This document shows, piece after piece, positions 1 through 10,992 of a DNA stretch of 26,365 nucleotides. Below the pieces are notes generated by a model. It ran no database searches, was not told where the DNA came from, and saw only the letters and a list, made by a program, of their open reading frames with translations. Position numbers and translations under genes: made by a program. The DNA comes from Fonticula alba ATCC 38817. Lineage: Eukaryota > Protista > Nucleariida. The stretch is taken from NCBI GenBank assembly GCA_000388065.2, contig KB932217.1; one strand, given 5' to 3'. How positions within the stretch are numbered: the first letter of the stretch is position 1; each line of letters opens with the position of its first letter.

Positions 1-170
1 AGACAAGCAGACAAGCAGACAAGCAGACAAGTAGACAAGCAGACAGGCAGACAGACAGACAAGCACACAGCATGACAAGCAAACAAGCAGAAAGCACACA
101 GCATGACAAGCACACAGCATGACAAGCAAACAAGCAAAAAGCACACAACATGACAAGCAGATACAATAGA
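1..170. repeat. Degenerate tandem repeat: AGACAAGC 8-mers grading into CACACAGCATGACAAGC-type units, downstream of the ABC-F gene
   Basis: Read directly: agacaagc x3, agacaagt, agacaagc, agacaggc, then recurring 'gcacacagcatgacaagc' units. Truncated by the window edge. Confidence 0.9.
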
Positions 171-419
171 ATAGACTCGTTGTTGGCACACTCGTGCTTC
201 GTCCCTCTCGCCTCGGCTTCGCCCCGCCCGTCCAATTCGCGCCCGAGAGAAGCAGGAGGACACGGAGGACAGGAGGGGGGAAGGGGAGGGAGAAAGGGAT
301 AAAGAAAGAGGCGGATAGACCGAGGCGGGTCCTTGCACAAGAGAGCCGCAAGACACACAGGCACGCGTAAACCCAACACCAAGGGGCCAGCCGCCCCCAC
401 CGGAAAGGCTCCGCCTCGA

Positions 420-3400
420 CTAGTGCTGGCGCACAAGATACTCCTTGGCCTCCATCTCGTCCAGCAGCTCGTCCACATAATCCTGGAAGTCGCCCTTGTA
501 CGGCTGCACACGCACCACGCAATCGACCAGGGGGGGGGGGGGGGGGGGGGGTCAGTCCCATGGCCCGCGACCGCCCGCCACAACGTGAGGGGAGAGGGGC
601 GGAAAAAGGAAAGAAAGAGGGAAGAAGCAAAAGAAGGAAGGAGGCAAAAGCAACATACCGACACCGTGCAGTCATCCTTGCACACCCAGATCTCATTGCA
701 CACCTGCTCAATGAGGCTGACATTGTGGGTGACCACCACCACGCCGCCCTCGAATTCGTTCAGCGCCCGGACCAGGGCATCCACCGTCTCCAAGTCCAGG
801 TGGTTGGTCGGCTCATCCAGCAGCAGAATGTGCGCCTGGGTCAGCTGGATCTCCACCATGCACACGCGGGACTTCTGCCCACCGGACAGGGTGCGCATGC
901 GGTGCTCATGCACATTCCCCGGCAGGCCAATGGTCCCCAGGTACTTGCGAGCATCCTGATAGGGCACATTGAACTTGTCCATCAGATGCTGCACCGCGCT
1001 CTTGTTCAAATCCAACTGATCCACCGAGTGCTGCGAGTACACCGCAATCCGGAGCTTGGGGTTGTGCTGGACCTCCCCCTCGTCCGGGATCAAATCCCGC
1101 GTGATGAGCTTCAGCAGGGTGGACTTGCCCGTGCCATTGGCACCGACAATGGCAATGCGACTGCTGGTGTCCATGCCGAAGGACACCCCGCGGAAGAGCG
1201 TCCGCCGGCCGGGATACCCGAAGGACACCCCGTCCACCTTCAGCAGCACCTGGTTGGCCAGCTCCGGCGCCGGGGTGAACCCCAGCCGCACGAAATACTC
1301 GTCCACCGGCTGCAAAAGCTGCTCCTCCTGGTTGTCATCCCCATCGTCGTGGGACTTCTTGCTGCCGCCGCGGTCCTTGCGCGTGCTCAGGACCTTGGTC
1401 CGCTCCGCCCGCCGGGCCTTGCTGTCCGTGGTCTTGGACTTGCTCAAGTCCATGGTCAGCTTGCCGGACCGCTTGAGGGCCTTGATGCGCTTCTGCTGCT
1501 TCTCATACGCATCCCGGTCCTGGTCCAGCTTCAGGTTGAACTGCCGCTCGAAGTTGCTGTAGTCGCCCCGATAGTGGAAGAGCTTCTGCTGCCAGATGTG
1601 CAGGATGTCCGAGCAGACGCTCGTCAGGAAGTCCCGGTCGTGGGACACCACCACCAGCGTGTTGCGCCAATTTTGCAGGTAGCTCTCCAGCCAGATGACC
1701 GCATGCAAGTCCAGATGGTTGGTCGGCTCATCGAGCAGCAGCAGCCGCGGCTTCCGGAACAGGGCGCACGCCAGGGCAATGCGCATGCGCCAGCCACCGG
1801 AGAACTCCCGCGTGGCCATCTGCTTCATGTTCTCATCGAACTGCAGACCACTGAGAATGGCGGATGCGCTGTGTGCGTGTGTGCGTGCGTGTGTGCGTGC
1901 GTGTGGGCGTGTGTGCGTAAACGTGTGTGCGTGTGTGCGTGTGTGCGTAAACGTGTGTGCGTGTGTGCGTGTGTGCGTAAACGTGTGTGCGTGTGTGCGT
2001 GTGTGCGTGTGTCATGGGTGAGTGTGGGGCCTGTTTTGTGCATGTGCCAGAAAAAGGATGCCCCCCCTGCCCCACCCACAGCCGACCAGGCAGCACGTAC
2101 CGCGGCAGCGCGCTGTCCGCCTCGATGAAGATCAGACGCTCATACACCTTGTTCAGGCGCTCGGTCTCCTCCATGGTCGGCTCGTCGATGGCCAGCAGGC
2201 GATCACGCTCGGCCAGCAGGCGCGTGCGCATCTCGTCACTGTTGATGACGGTCTGCAGGGCCGACACATCGTTGGCCGGGGCCTCCTGCTGCACGATGTG
2301 AATGTCGATGTGCCGCGGCACCCGGAACTGCCCATCCCGCGCCACAATGTGATTCAGCAGCGTCGACTTGCCGGTGCCATTGTACCCGACCAGGCCGTAC
2401 CGCCGGCCGTGGCTCAGGTTCAGGTTCGAGTCCTTGAACAGCGTCTTGCCGCCCATATGAATGGAGAAGTTGTGCACATTGATGTTGTCATCGGTCGGCA
2501 TGCTGACATCGTCATACTCATCCTCGCCGAGGAGGTCCTCCTGCTTGCGCTCCTGTGCACCGGCCAGGGGAGGGGGGAGGGGGGGGGGGGNNNNNNNNNN
2601 NNNNNNNNNNNNNNNNNNNNNNNNNNNNNNNNNNNNNNNNNNNNNNNNNNNNNNNNNNNNNNNNNNNNNNNNNNNNNNNNNNNNNNNNNNNNNNNNNNNN
2701 NNNNNNNNNNNNNNNNNNNNNNNNNNNNNNNNNNNNNNNNNNNNNNNNNNNNNNNNNNNNNNNNNNNNNNNNNNNNNNNNNNNNNNNNNNNNNNNNNNNN
2801 NNNNNNNNNNNNNNNNNNNNNNNNNNNNNNNNNNNNNNNNNNNNNNNNNNNNNNNNNNNNNNNNNNNNNNNNNNNNNNNNNNNNNNNNNNNNNNNNNNNN
2901 NNNNNNNNNNNNNNNNNNNNNNNNNNNNNNNNNNNNNNNNNNNNNNNNNNNNNNNNNNNNNNNNNNNNNNNNNNNNNNNNNNNNNNNNNNNNNNNNNNNN
3001 NNNNNNNNNNNNNNNNNNNNNNNNNNNNNNNNNNNNNNNNNNNNNNNNNNNNNNNNNNNNNNNNNNNNNNNNNNNNNNNNNNNNNNNNNNNNNNNNNNNN
3101 NNNNNNNNNNNNNNNNNNNNNNNNNNNNNNNNNNNNNNNNNNNNNNNNNNNNNNNNNNNNNNNNNNNNNNNNNNNNNNNNNNNNNNNNNNNNNNNNNNNN
3201 NNNNNNNNNNNNNNNNNNNNNNNNNNNNNNNNNNNNNNNNNNNNNNNNNNNNNNNNNNNNNNNNNNNNNNNNNNNNNNNNNNNNNNNNNNNNNNNNNNNN
3301 NNNNNNNNNNNNNNNNNNNNNNNNNNNNNNNNNNNNNNNNNNNNNNNNNNNNNNNNNNNNNNNNNNNNNNNNNNNNNNNNNNNNNNNNNNNNNNNNNNNN

Positions 3401-3751
3401 NNNNNNNNNNNNNNNNNNNNNNNNNNNNNNNNNNNNNNNNNNNNNNNNNNNNNNNNNNNNNNNNNNNNNNNNNNNNNNNNNNNNNNNNNNNNNNNNNNNN
3501 NNNNNNNNNNNNNNNNNNNNNNNNNNNNNNNNNNNNNNNNGCTCCGGCGAGGCATCCGCAAAGGAGGGAACATCATCATCATCCGAGTCATCGAAGCGGT
3601 TCTTCTTGCCGCCCTTCTTGCCGGCGGCCTTCTTGGCCTTGGCGGAGGTCGGCGGGGCCACCTCCACGGCGGCGGCGTCCGCGAACGAGGGCACGTCGTC
3701 GTCCGAGTCCGAGTCGTACCGGGAGGCCTTACGGCCACCGCGCTTCTTCAT
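420..3751 (-). CDS. ABC-F family ATPase (ABCF1/GCN20-like translation factor; subfamily unresolved)
   Basis: Exons (minus): 3751->3541 (runs into the gap; MKKRGGRKASRYDSDSDDD...), 2552->2101, 1868->659, 503->420 (TAG). Two NBDs and no TM segments: GYNGTGKST / FSGGW / LLLLDEPTNHLD and GANGTGKST / LSGGQKSRV / ILLLDEPTNHLD. Intron phases close (CG|C = Arg; TCG|CCG). Exon(s) inside gap 2591-3540 are unseen. Confidence 0.93.
1911..2000. repeat. Three perfect 30-bp tandem copies inside ABC-F intron 1869-2100
   Basis: gtgtgcgtaaacgtgtgtgcgtgtgtgcgt at 1911-1940, 1941-1970 and 1971-2000, embedded in (GT/GC)n microsatellite. Confidence 0.92.
2591..3540. other. Assembly gap (950 N) inside the ABC-F gene
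   Basis: N run preceded by a poly-G tract. Confidence 0.99.
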
Positions 3752-6175
3752 GGTGTGCAACTGCGAGGAGGAGCGAGAGGGGGCGTGTGTGTGAGAGAGA
3801 GAGAGAGACGAGGAGTCAGGATCAGAGAGGGAGGAAAGAGAGGGAGGGAGATCGGCGGGAAAGGGCACGCAATGACACAAGGGCATACATGGGTGGGGTG
3901 GGGCGGGAGTGAGGGAGGGGAGGAAGGGGGGTGGTGGGGTAGGGGGGAGAGAGAGAGAGAGAGAGAGGGAAGAGAGAGAGCAGCCGGGGGAGGGGGGTGC
4001 TCTTGCGGTGAAGTGTGCAGGTCGCACCAGGTCGTGAGGGGGGGATTGCGTCATGTGAAATAGCCCGTCCACCGGCCGGGGGGCGGAGGCGCCGGCGGTT
4101 CGGCCCCCGACCCCCCGCACAATCAGCGGTCGACCGCGTGCGGGAGCCCAAGGAGCCACACACGCGCGCGCTCGCGGGGCTCGCCTCTCCCGCCCCGAGC
4201 TGACTAGCACCCGCAGAGAGAAAGCGAGAAGCGCCTCCTGCACAGGGCGCGGGGCGAGAGAAGACCACCGCGAACGACAGACCAGCGCGCAGAGGATGCC
4301 CCCATTGCGCGCGCGACAGCGGCCACAGCAGCCACAGCGGCCCGGGTTAGGGACGCCCGCGGCGGGCTTCCCCACGCGGCTTGGCGCGCATGCCAACCCA
4401 GCCTCCCCCGGCCAGCCGGAGCCACCGCCAGGGGGGGGGGGGGGGGCAGACACACACACACGGCCACACATACGCACAGGCGTCTATGCCTGTGGTTGGT
4501 GCGCCCCGGGCGATGGCTAGACCCTGCTTCGGCGGCACTTGAGACCCCTCGCGTGCGGTGGGACCCGTGGAACGCCATTCCAGGTGCCGACGCAGAAGGC
4601 ACCCCGGGCATGCCGCGTGCACGCCCCCGGATACACGCGCGCGCGCGCGCGCGCGCCAGGATGCCCTCCGTCCCTGCCCCATCGGCCTCGGGGGTGCGCG
4701 CAGCCCGATCGCGCGCGCGCGCGCGCGCACACGCCCGTTGGACGAAACAAGACCGCTGAGGCGGGGACGGCGGCGGGGACGGCGGCGGCGGGCCGTCGGA
4801 TCGATCCAGCCGATCGGTCGAACATGGCATGCTCACACGGCCCACGGCGGGGGGGGCACAACCTGAGACCAGCCCACAACTCCCCGCAGGCGGGCGCGGC
4901 CCAGCTCCGAAGGTGCCTGTCCTGACTGGCGTCGGGGGGGATGTGGGGTGTGGCACCCCGGGCCGCCGGGCCGCGGGAGGGGCTCCCCACGCCCAAGCAG
5001 CGAGGAGCAAGCGGCAGCCGGACTCACACGGACCCCGAGCCAAGCCCATGGCCGGTCCCTCACGCGCCGTGACAATACCCGCCCCAGGAGGGGCCCTTCT
5101 TGTCCCGGACCACGAGATATCGAGGGAGACCCTTCTCTGTGGCCAGCGCCGTGGCCGTGGCTGCTGGCCGGCGGGCCGCTCGAGGGCGCACACACTCCGG
5201 CTTGCCAGCGGGTCACCGGCCGGCGCCATCGCAAGATGCCCGGGTGAGGGGGGGGGGGGGGACACACCGTCACGGGGCCACCTTCGGCGGTTCGCCAGAC
5301 GACCTGGAAGATCTTGGCCGCCGGCCCAGCCAGGCACCCTGGGCCGGAGCCGGCGAGAGTGTCCGCCGGCGTGGAGACAAGCCCAATCCCGCTGGCGGGG
5401 GGGATGGGAATCCCGGCCAGGCTGGAGGTGGGAGCAGGCCCCCCGCACCTCCAAGGTGCTATGTGTGGCATGCCGCCCCGTCGCCTCCACCAGGGCAAAT
5501 GCATCGCCATGGAGGCACTCTGCGGCCCTCGGGGCGACATCTCGTCCATTCGAGGACCAGCCTATGGCCGAGCAGAGGTTGCTTCAAGATGGACATCCGC
5601 TTGCCGAGGAGAGATGGGCACTGGCGGGTGCCTGTTGGACGGCGTGGTCGGCACAAGCTACCCCCCCCCCCCCCCCAGCCACTCTCGCAGGGCAAAGCTG
5701 GTGCCGGATGCGGAGCAGGACAGCCCAGGCCACAGAGGGCAAGCTTCCTTTCAAAAAGGAAAGGAAGAGAGTAGGAGCGTGTGTGTGTGTATGAGAGAGC
5801 GAGAGACACTTCGTGCTGCTGGGCCACGAATCGGCGGCGCGGACAGATCTCCCGCCAGACTTCCAGCACTCGGAAAAAATGCACCGCACCCGAGCGCCCG
5901 GACGCGGTGTGGCGACGCGCACGGCCAGTGGGACGGCCACGCCCCCTGCCCCTGGAGAAGGCCACTGCCGGGCCATTTCCGTCGGCCCATCTCTTTGGAC
6001 GGCAAGCTTCCTTCTTTCGAGCTCTCGCACATGTGTATTATGGTGTTGGCCCCCGCGTGCACGGGATATACGCGGGAGGGAGAAGATCGGAAAAAAAAAA
6101 GAAAAAGAAAAAGGTCGGGCCCTCGTAAAAGGGGGCCCAAACGCCTGCGTGCTTCTCTGTGTCGTGCGCGCGGCT

Positions 6176-8498
6176 TTAGAAGCCCGCGGCCTGGAGAGCC
6201 TGGCGCAGGGCCGCGATCTTCTTGTGAACGTCGGCAATCTGCCCGGCCACCAGGTCCACGTCCAGAGTGAAGACCTTGACCTTCTTGTCGGTGGCGCGGC
6301 GATCGAAGGCCCGGATGGCCTGGAGCAGGGCCCCGGCATCCTTCAGCAGGTCGGCCTCGGTGGAGAAGCGCTCGTAGAGCTCCTTGTTCCGGCGCATGGT
6401 GGTCAGCAGGTCATCCACCTCGGCATGCTTGACATTGGCAATGGGCGACGGGGCGGCCGGGTCCTCGCGGTGGGAGACCACCAACGAAGAGAAGGCCGAC
6501 AGCATCTGGGAGTACTCGCTGGCGGCGATGTCCTTGGGACTGGACTCCACCAGGGCGCCCTGGCGCCAGCGGAAGAGCCCGGCCGCCGCGGGGGACAGGT
6601 TGGCCAGGTCGTCGGGGCCGTCCTCGGCCCCGGCCGGCTTCTCCGGCAGCAGCGACAGGAGCTTGTTCTTGGAGGGATTCAGCGTGCCGCTGGTGATGGA
6701 AGTGCGAGCCTTGCGCACGGCATCCGCGCCGGCATTCACCTGGCGCAGGGTCTCATCCAGCGCCTCCATGTGGCTGAGGAGCCCGCCCTCCAGGGGGGCC
6801 GTGGCCTCCGGGCTGGCGGCCAACACCGCCGGGAAGAGCTGGCGGTCCAGCTGACGCACGCGCGCCAGCACCTCGGCCACCAGGTCCGCCGCATCGGCCG
6901 CCACCTCGTTGGGGATCCACACCGGGGCGATGATATCCACCAGGCCAGCGGGCAGGAAGCCGGCCATGAAGTCGGTGGCAAAGTTCTTGAGGTCACCCGG
7001 GTGGATCTGGGTGGGGAAGGGAGGGGGGATCCGGGAGATAGGTGTGAACGGCGAGAGGGAGGAAAGATGGGCAGGGGGGGCGGAGGGGGAGGAGGGGGCG
7101 GAGAGAGTAGAGAAGACAGAGAAGACAGGAAAGGCAAAAAAACAGAGAAGACAGAAAAGGCAAAAAAACAGAGAAGACAGAAAAGGCAAAAAAAAAACAG
7201 AGAAGACAGAAAAGGCAAAAAAAAAACAGAGAAGACAGGAAAGGCAAAAAAACAGAAAAGCAGAGAAGACAGAAAAGCAGAGAAGACAGAAAAGCAGAAA
7301 AATAGAGAAGACGGAAAGGACGGAAGGAACAGAGCAAGGTCAGCAAGCGCGGCCCATGGCAACGGCACACACGCATCCGGGCAGAGAAGAGACACCCAGG
7401 CACAGCGCGCACCTTCTTGTCGGCGAAGTTGACGCCCACATCAGCCAGGGGGAAAAGCCCCGGGGCCGAGGCCTCCAGGCTGGCCCGCAGGGCGGCCGTC
7501 TGCTCCGGGAAGTGAGCCAGCACCGGGGCCACCACATGCTGCACAAAGGCCAGCAGGACATTGCGCGTGGTGTTGCCCTCCTCGCAGAAGATGGCACGCA
7601 CGGCCTTCTGCGTGGCCGAGCGCCCGCCATCCAGGAAGGGAGTGGTCCGGGCCGCCGCGCCGAACAGCTGCCCCGAGGACAGGTCCGACACAAAGCGCGA
7701 GGTCAGGTGCGCGCTCGGGATGGCCAGCGTCCCGGTCGACGAGCCGGCCAGGTTCGACAGCTGGGTCACCTTGTAGTCGGACAGATGCCGGCGGCCGAAC
7801 TGGAAGATGGAGATCTGCTCCAGCCCGCCCACCTGCACATCGGCCCCGAGGAAGAGCCCGTTCAGCCCGCGGAAGAGGGGGCTCAGATCGCGCGACAAGA
7901 CCGACGCCGCGGCCGGATCGAACCCCAGGCTCATGGACATGGCCTCGCGCTCGGTCACCATGTTGGTCAGCCGGTAGAAGTCCATCATGTAGGAGGGGTT
8001 CTCCAGGAGCTCCTGCCCGTGGTGGAAGCGCACAGCCGCGGCGTCCAGGCCGAGGTGCCCCAGCAGGGTGGAGATGATGGACTGCGGCAGGGGGCGAGGG
8101 ACGCGAAGGGGGGGGGGGGGGGGAGGTGCCGTCGCCAAGGTCAGGGCACAGCCACCGGGCAGGGGGAGAACGGGCAAGCGAGGAGCCGGGGAAAAGGCGC
8201 CCACAGCCGAGCAGGGCAACAGGCAGAAGGCAGGGGGGAGGAGACACGCACCTGGTAGGCCAGCGACCGCGCGCGGATCTTGTCCAGGGACGCAGGGTTG
8301 TTCATGAAGGCGTGGAGCTCATCCAGGTGGACGATCACCTGCGCGCCGGCCTTCAGCAGCAGGGCCATCGTCACCACCGGGAACAGCAGGTCCATGCTGG
8401 GCTTCGGCAGGGGCGACAGGGAGAAGAGGACCTTCAGCTCGGTGACGGGCTTCTTGGGCAGGGTGCCCAGGAGCTTGTAGTCGCAGTTGAGCCACGAC
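6176..8498 (-). CDS. Tyrosyl-tRNA synthetase-like protein, predicted catalytically inactive, with C-terminal helical/coiled-coil extension (5' end missing)
   Basis: Exons (minus): 8498->8252, 8081->7413, 7006->6176 (TAA); more than 580 aa with no internal stop. Aligns by eye to TyrRS: LLKAGAQVIVHLDELHAF, DVQVGGLEQISIF, FCEEGNTTRNVLLAFVQHVVAP, IHPGDLKN. HIGH reads SMDL and KMSAS reads QLFGA. The phase-2 acceptor at 8499-8500 implies an upstream exon, probably in gap 8533-8977. Confidence 0.85.
7100..7320. repeat. Purine-rich minisatellite (about 27-30 bp unit AGAGAAGACAG(A/G)AAAGGCAAAAAAAC) in intron 7007-7412
   Basis: About 5 near-identical units with variable A-run length, followed by shorter AGAGAAGACAGAAAAGC units. 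Confidence 0.88.
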
Positions 8499-8532
8499 CT
8501 GAGCGCGCGCGCGTGTGTGTGTGTGGGGGGGG

Positions 8533-8977
8533 NNNNNNNNNNNNNNNNNNNNNNNNNNNNNNNNNNNNNNNNNNNNNNNNNNNNNNNNNNNNNNNNNNNN
8601 NNNNNNNNNNNNNNNNNNNNNNNNNNNNNNNNNNNNNNNNNNNNNNNNNNNNNNNNNNNNNNNNNNNNNNNNNNNNNNNNNNNNNNNNNNNNNNNNNNNN
8701 NNNNNNNNNNNNNNNNNNNNNNNNNNNNNNNNNNNNNNNNNNNNNNNNNNNNNNNNNNNNNNNNNNNNNNNNNNNNNNNNNNNNNNNNNNNNNNNNNNNN
8801 NNNNNNNNNNNNNNNNNNNNNNNNNNNNNNNNNNNNNNNNNNNNNNNNNNNNNNNNNNNNNNNNNNNNNNNNNNNNNNNNNNNNNNNNNNNNNNNNNNNN
8901 NNNNNNNNNNNNNNNNNNNNNNNNNNNNNNNNNNNNNNNNNNNNNNNNNNNNNNNNNNNNNNNNNNNNNNNNNNNNN
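8533..8977. other. Assembly gap (445 N), likely containing the first exon of the TyrRS-like gene
   Basis: N run preceded by poly-G; the adjacent exon begins with a phase-2 acceptor. Confidence 0.95.
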
Positions 8978-9502
8978 GTGGGTGTGGCTCCGGCCGGGGC
9001 GCCAGGCCGGGCCGGGCCTCGCCACACGGGGCCGCGGCCCTGCTCATGCCGCTGCCGCTGCCGCTCGCCCTTCCAGGTGGCATGCCCCCCCGCGCGCAGG
9101 GCGGGGAATCGGTCGTGCGCACCGCACGGGGAACGCCGCGGCCGAAGTCGGCGGATTTCCTGCGCCCGAGGGTTGGCATCTCGGCCGACGGACGACCTGG
9201 TCCGCACCTGCGCATGCCTGCCCCGGTGCGCGGAGGTGGCGTGTCCCCGCCCCCCCCTTGCCGGTGGTTCTCCGGCCACCGCCCCCGGCAGCCCGGGCCC
9301 CCGCCACCGCGGGAACGTCTGCGCGGGCCTGCCCCCCCCCCCCCTCGCCCCGGCCCCGCCAGGCCGGCGAGGTGGCCCTTGGCCCCATGCCGTGCGGGCG
9401 CAAATGTGCCCAGAATGCCCCCCCGCCCCCCGGGTGGGAGAGAAAAGGCCGCCCCCGGGCGTCCCTGGCGCGCGCGCTGGGCCCTCATCGTCCCCGACGC
9501 CC
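8978..9502. promoter_or_regulatory. Probable bidirectional promoter region between the divergent TyrRS-like and TyrRS genes
   Basis: Position only: GC-rich sequence with no recognisable ORF between two divergent 5' ends. No core-promoter motif identified; flanked by gaps. Confidence 0.4.
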
Positions 9503-9781
9503 NNNNNNNNNNNNNNNNNNNNNNNNNNNNNNNNNNNNNNNNNNNNNNNNNNNNNNNNNNNNNNNNNNNNNNNNNNNNNNNNNNNNNNNNNNNNNNNNNN
9601 NNNNNNNNNNNNNNNNNNNNNNNNNNNNNNNNNNNNNNNNNNNNNNNNNNNNNNNNNNNNNNNNNNNNNNNNNNNNNNNNNNNNNNNNNNNNNNNNNNNN
9701 NNNNNNNNNNNNNNNNNNNNNNNNNNNNNNNNNNNNNNNNNNNNNNNNNNNNNNNNNNNNNNNNNNNNNNNNNNNNNNNNN
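9503..9781. other. Assembly gap (279 N)
   Basis: N run ending 19 nt before the TyrRS ATG. Confidence 0.99.
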
Positions 9782-9800
9782 CCGGCGCCACAGCGCCAGC

Positions 9801-10961
9801 ATGGACTCGATCGAGCTGATCACCAAGAACTTGCAGGAGCACCTGTCCATCAACATCCTGGCCGACGCGCTGAACCGCCAGGATGACGCGGCCCGAATCT
9901 ACTGGGGCACTGCGCCGACCGGCAAGCCGCACATCGGCTACTTCGTGCCGCTGGTGAAGATCGCCGAGTTCCTGAAGGCCGGCTGCCAGATGACCATCCT
10001 CTTTGCCGACCTGCACGCCTTCCTGGACCACAACAAGTCCACCCTGGACGTGCTGGAGCACCGCTCCTACTACTACGAGGTGCGTGCGCCGCCTCGGGGC
10101 CCATGTCGGCGCGCACATGCACACAGATGTCACACGCACACATGCGCACACGCACACACGCACGCACACACACACGCGCGCGCCATGGCACCCTGCACCG
10201 CCGTCTCCCGACCACCTCGACTCACCCCCGCCCGTCCGCAACACACACCTGCGCGCGCGCGTCATAACACCCCGCCCCCGCCGTGCCCCCTCGGCCCACG
10301 ACACACACACACGCAGCGCGTCATCACCCAGGCCCTCGTGTCCATCGGCGTCCCCATCGACCAGCTCACCTTCTCGCGCGGCATGAGCTACCAGCTGAAG
10401 TCCGACTACTCGAAGGACGTGCTGCAGCTGTGCAAGCTGGTGTCGCTGGTGGATGCCAAGCGCGCCGGTGCCGAGGTCGTCAAGCAGGTGGACTCGCCCC
10501 TGCTGTCGGGCATGGTGTACCCCCTGCTGCAGGCCCTCGACGAGCAGTACCTCCTGGTGGACGCGCAATTTGGCGGCGTGGACCAGCGCAAGATCTTCAC
10601 CTTCGCCTACATGTTCCTCCCGCGCCTGGGCTACCGCCGCCGGGCGCACCTGCTCAACCCCATGGTCCCCGGGCTGCAGGGGGCCAAGATGTCCGCCTCG
10701 CAGGCCGACTCCAAGATTGACCTGCTGGACTCGCGCGAGACCATCTTCTCCAAGATCGCCACGGCCCAGTGCTCCCCCGGCGAGATCGAGGGCAACCCGC
10801 TGCTCTGCTTCGCGCAGTATGTCCTCTTCCCGGCGCGCGCCCTGAACCCGGCCGGCGGCCCGGTGACCCTGGCCCCGGCGGCCGGCGGCGCCCCGCGCGC
10901 CTTCGACACCTTCGACCAGCTGCGCGACGCCTTCCAGGCCGGCGAGGTACGCCCGCCCGCC

Positions 10962-10992
<31 letters not shown>

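Noticed and set aside
560-2128. 522-aa plus-strand ORF and similar long antisense ORFs (5813-7432, 8319-11258, 10654-12441, 17160-18104)
   Set aside because: Shadows of real genes on the opposite strand, caused by GC3-rich codon usage; no motifs of their own.
2420-4477. Long ORFs spanning N runs (also 8126-9886 and 8487-11447)
   Set aside because: Artefacts of translating gaps as X; only the sub-segments assigned to exons above are supported.
6909-7395. Lys/Glu-rich and Phe/Leu-rich ORFs over the 7100-7320 minisatellite
   Set aside because: They lie in a well-defined intron (7007-7412) whose removal restores the FADKK|IHPGD alignment to TyrRS.
6176-8498. Calling the TyrRS-like gene a pseudogene
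   Set aside because: No stops or frameshifts in more than 580 codons, intact splice sites and coding-like codon bias; it fits a pseudo-enzyme better.
10062-10070. Cytokine-like ELR motif of vertebrate TyrRS
   Set aside because: The equivalent position reads EHR.
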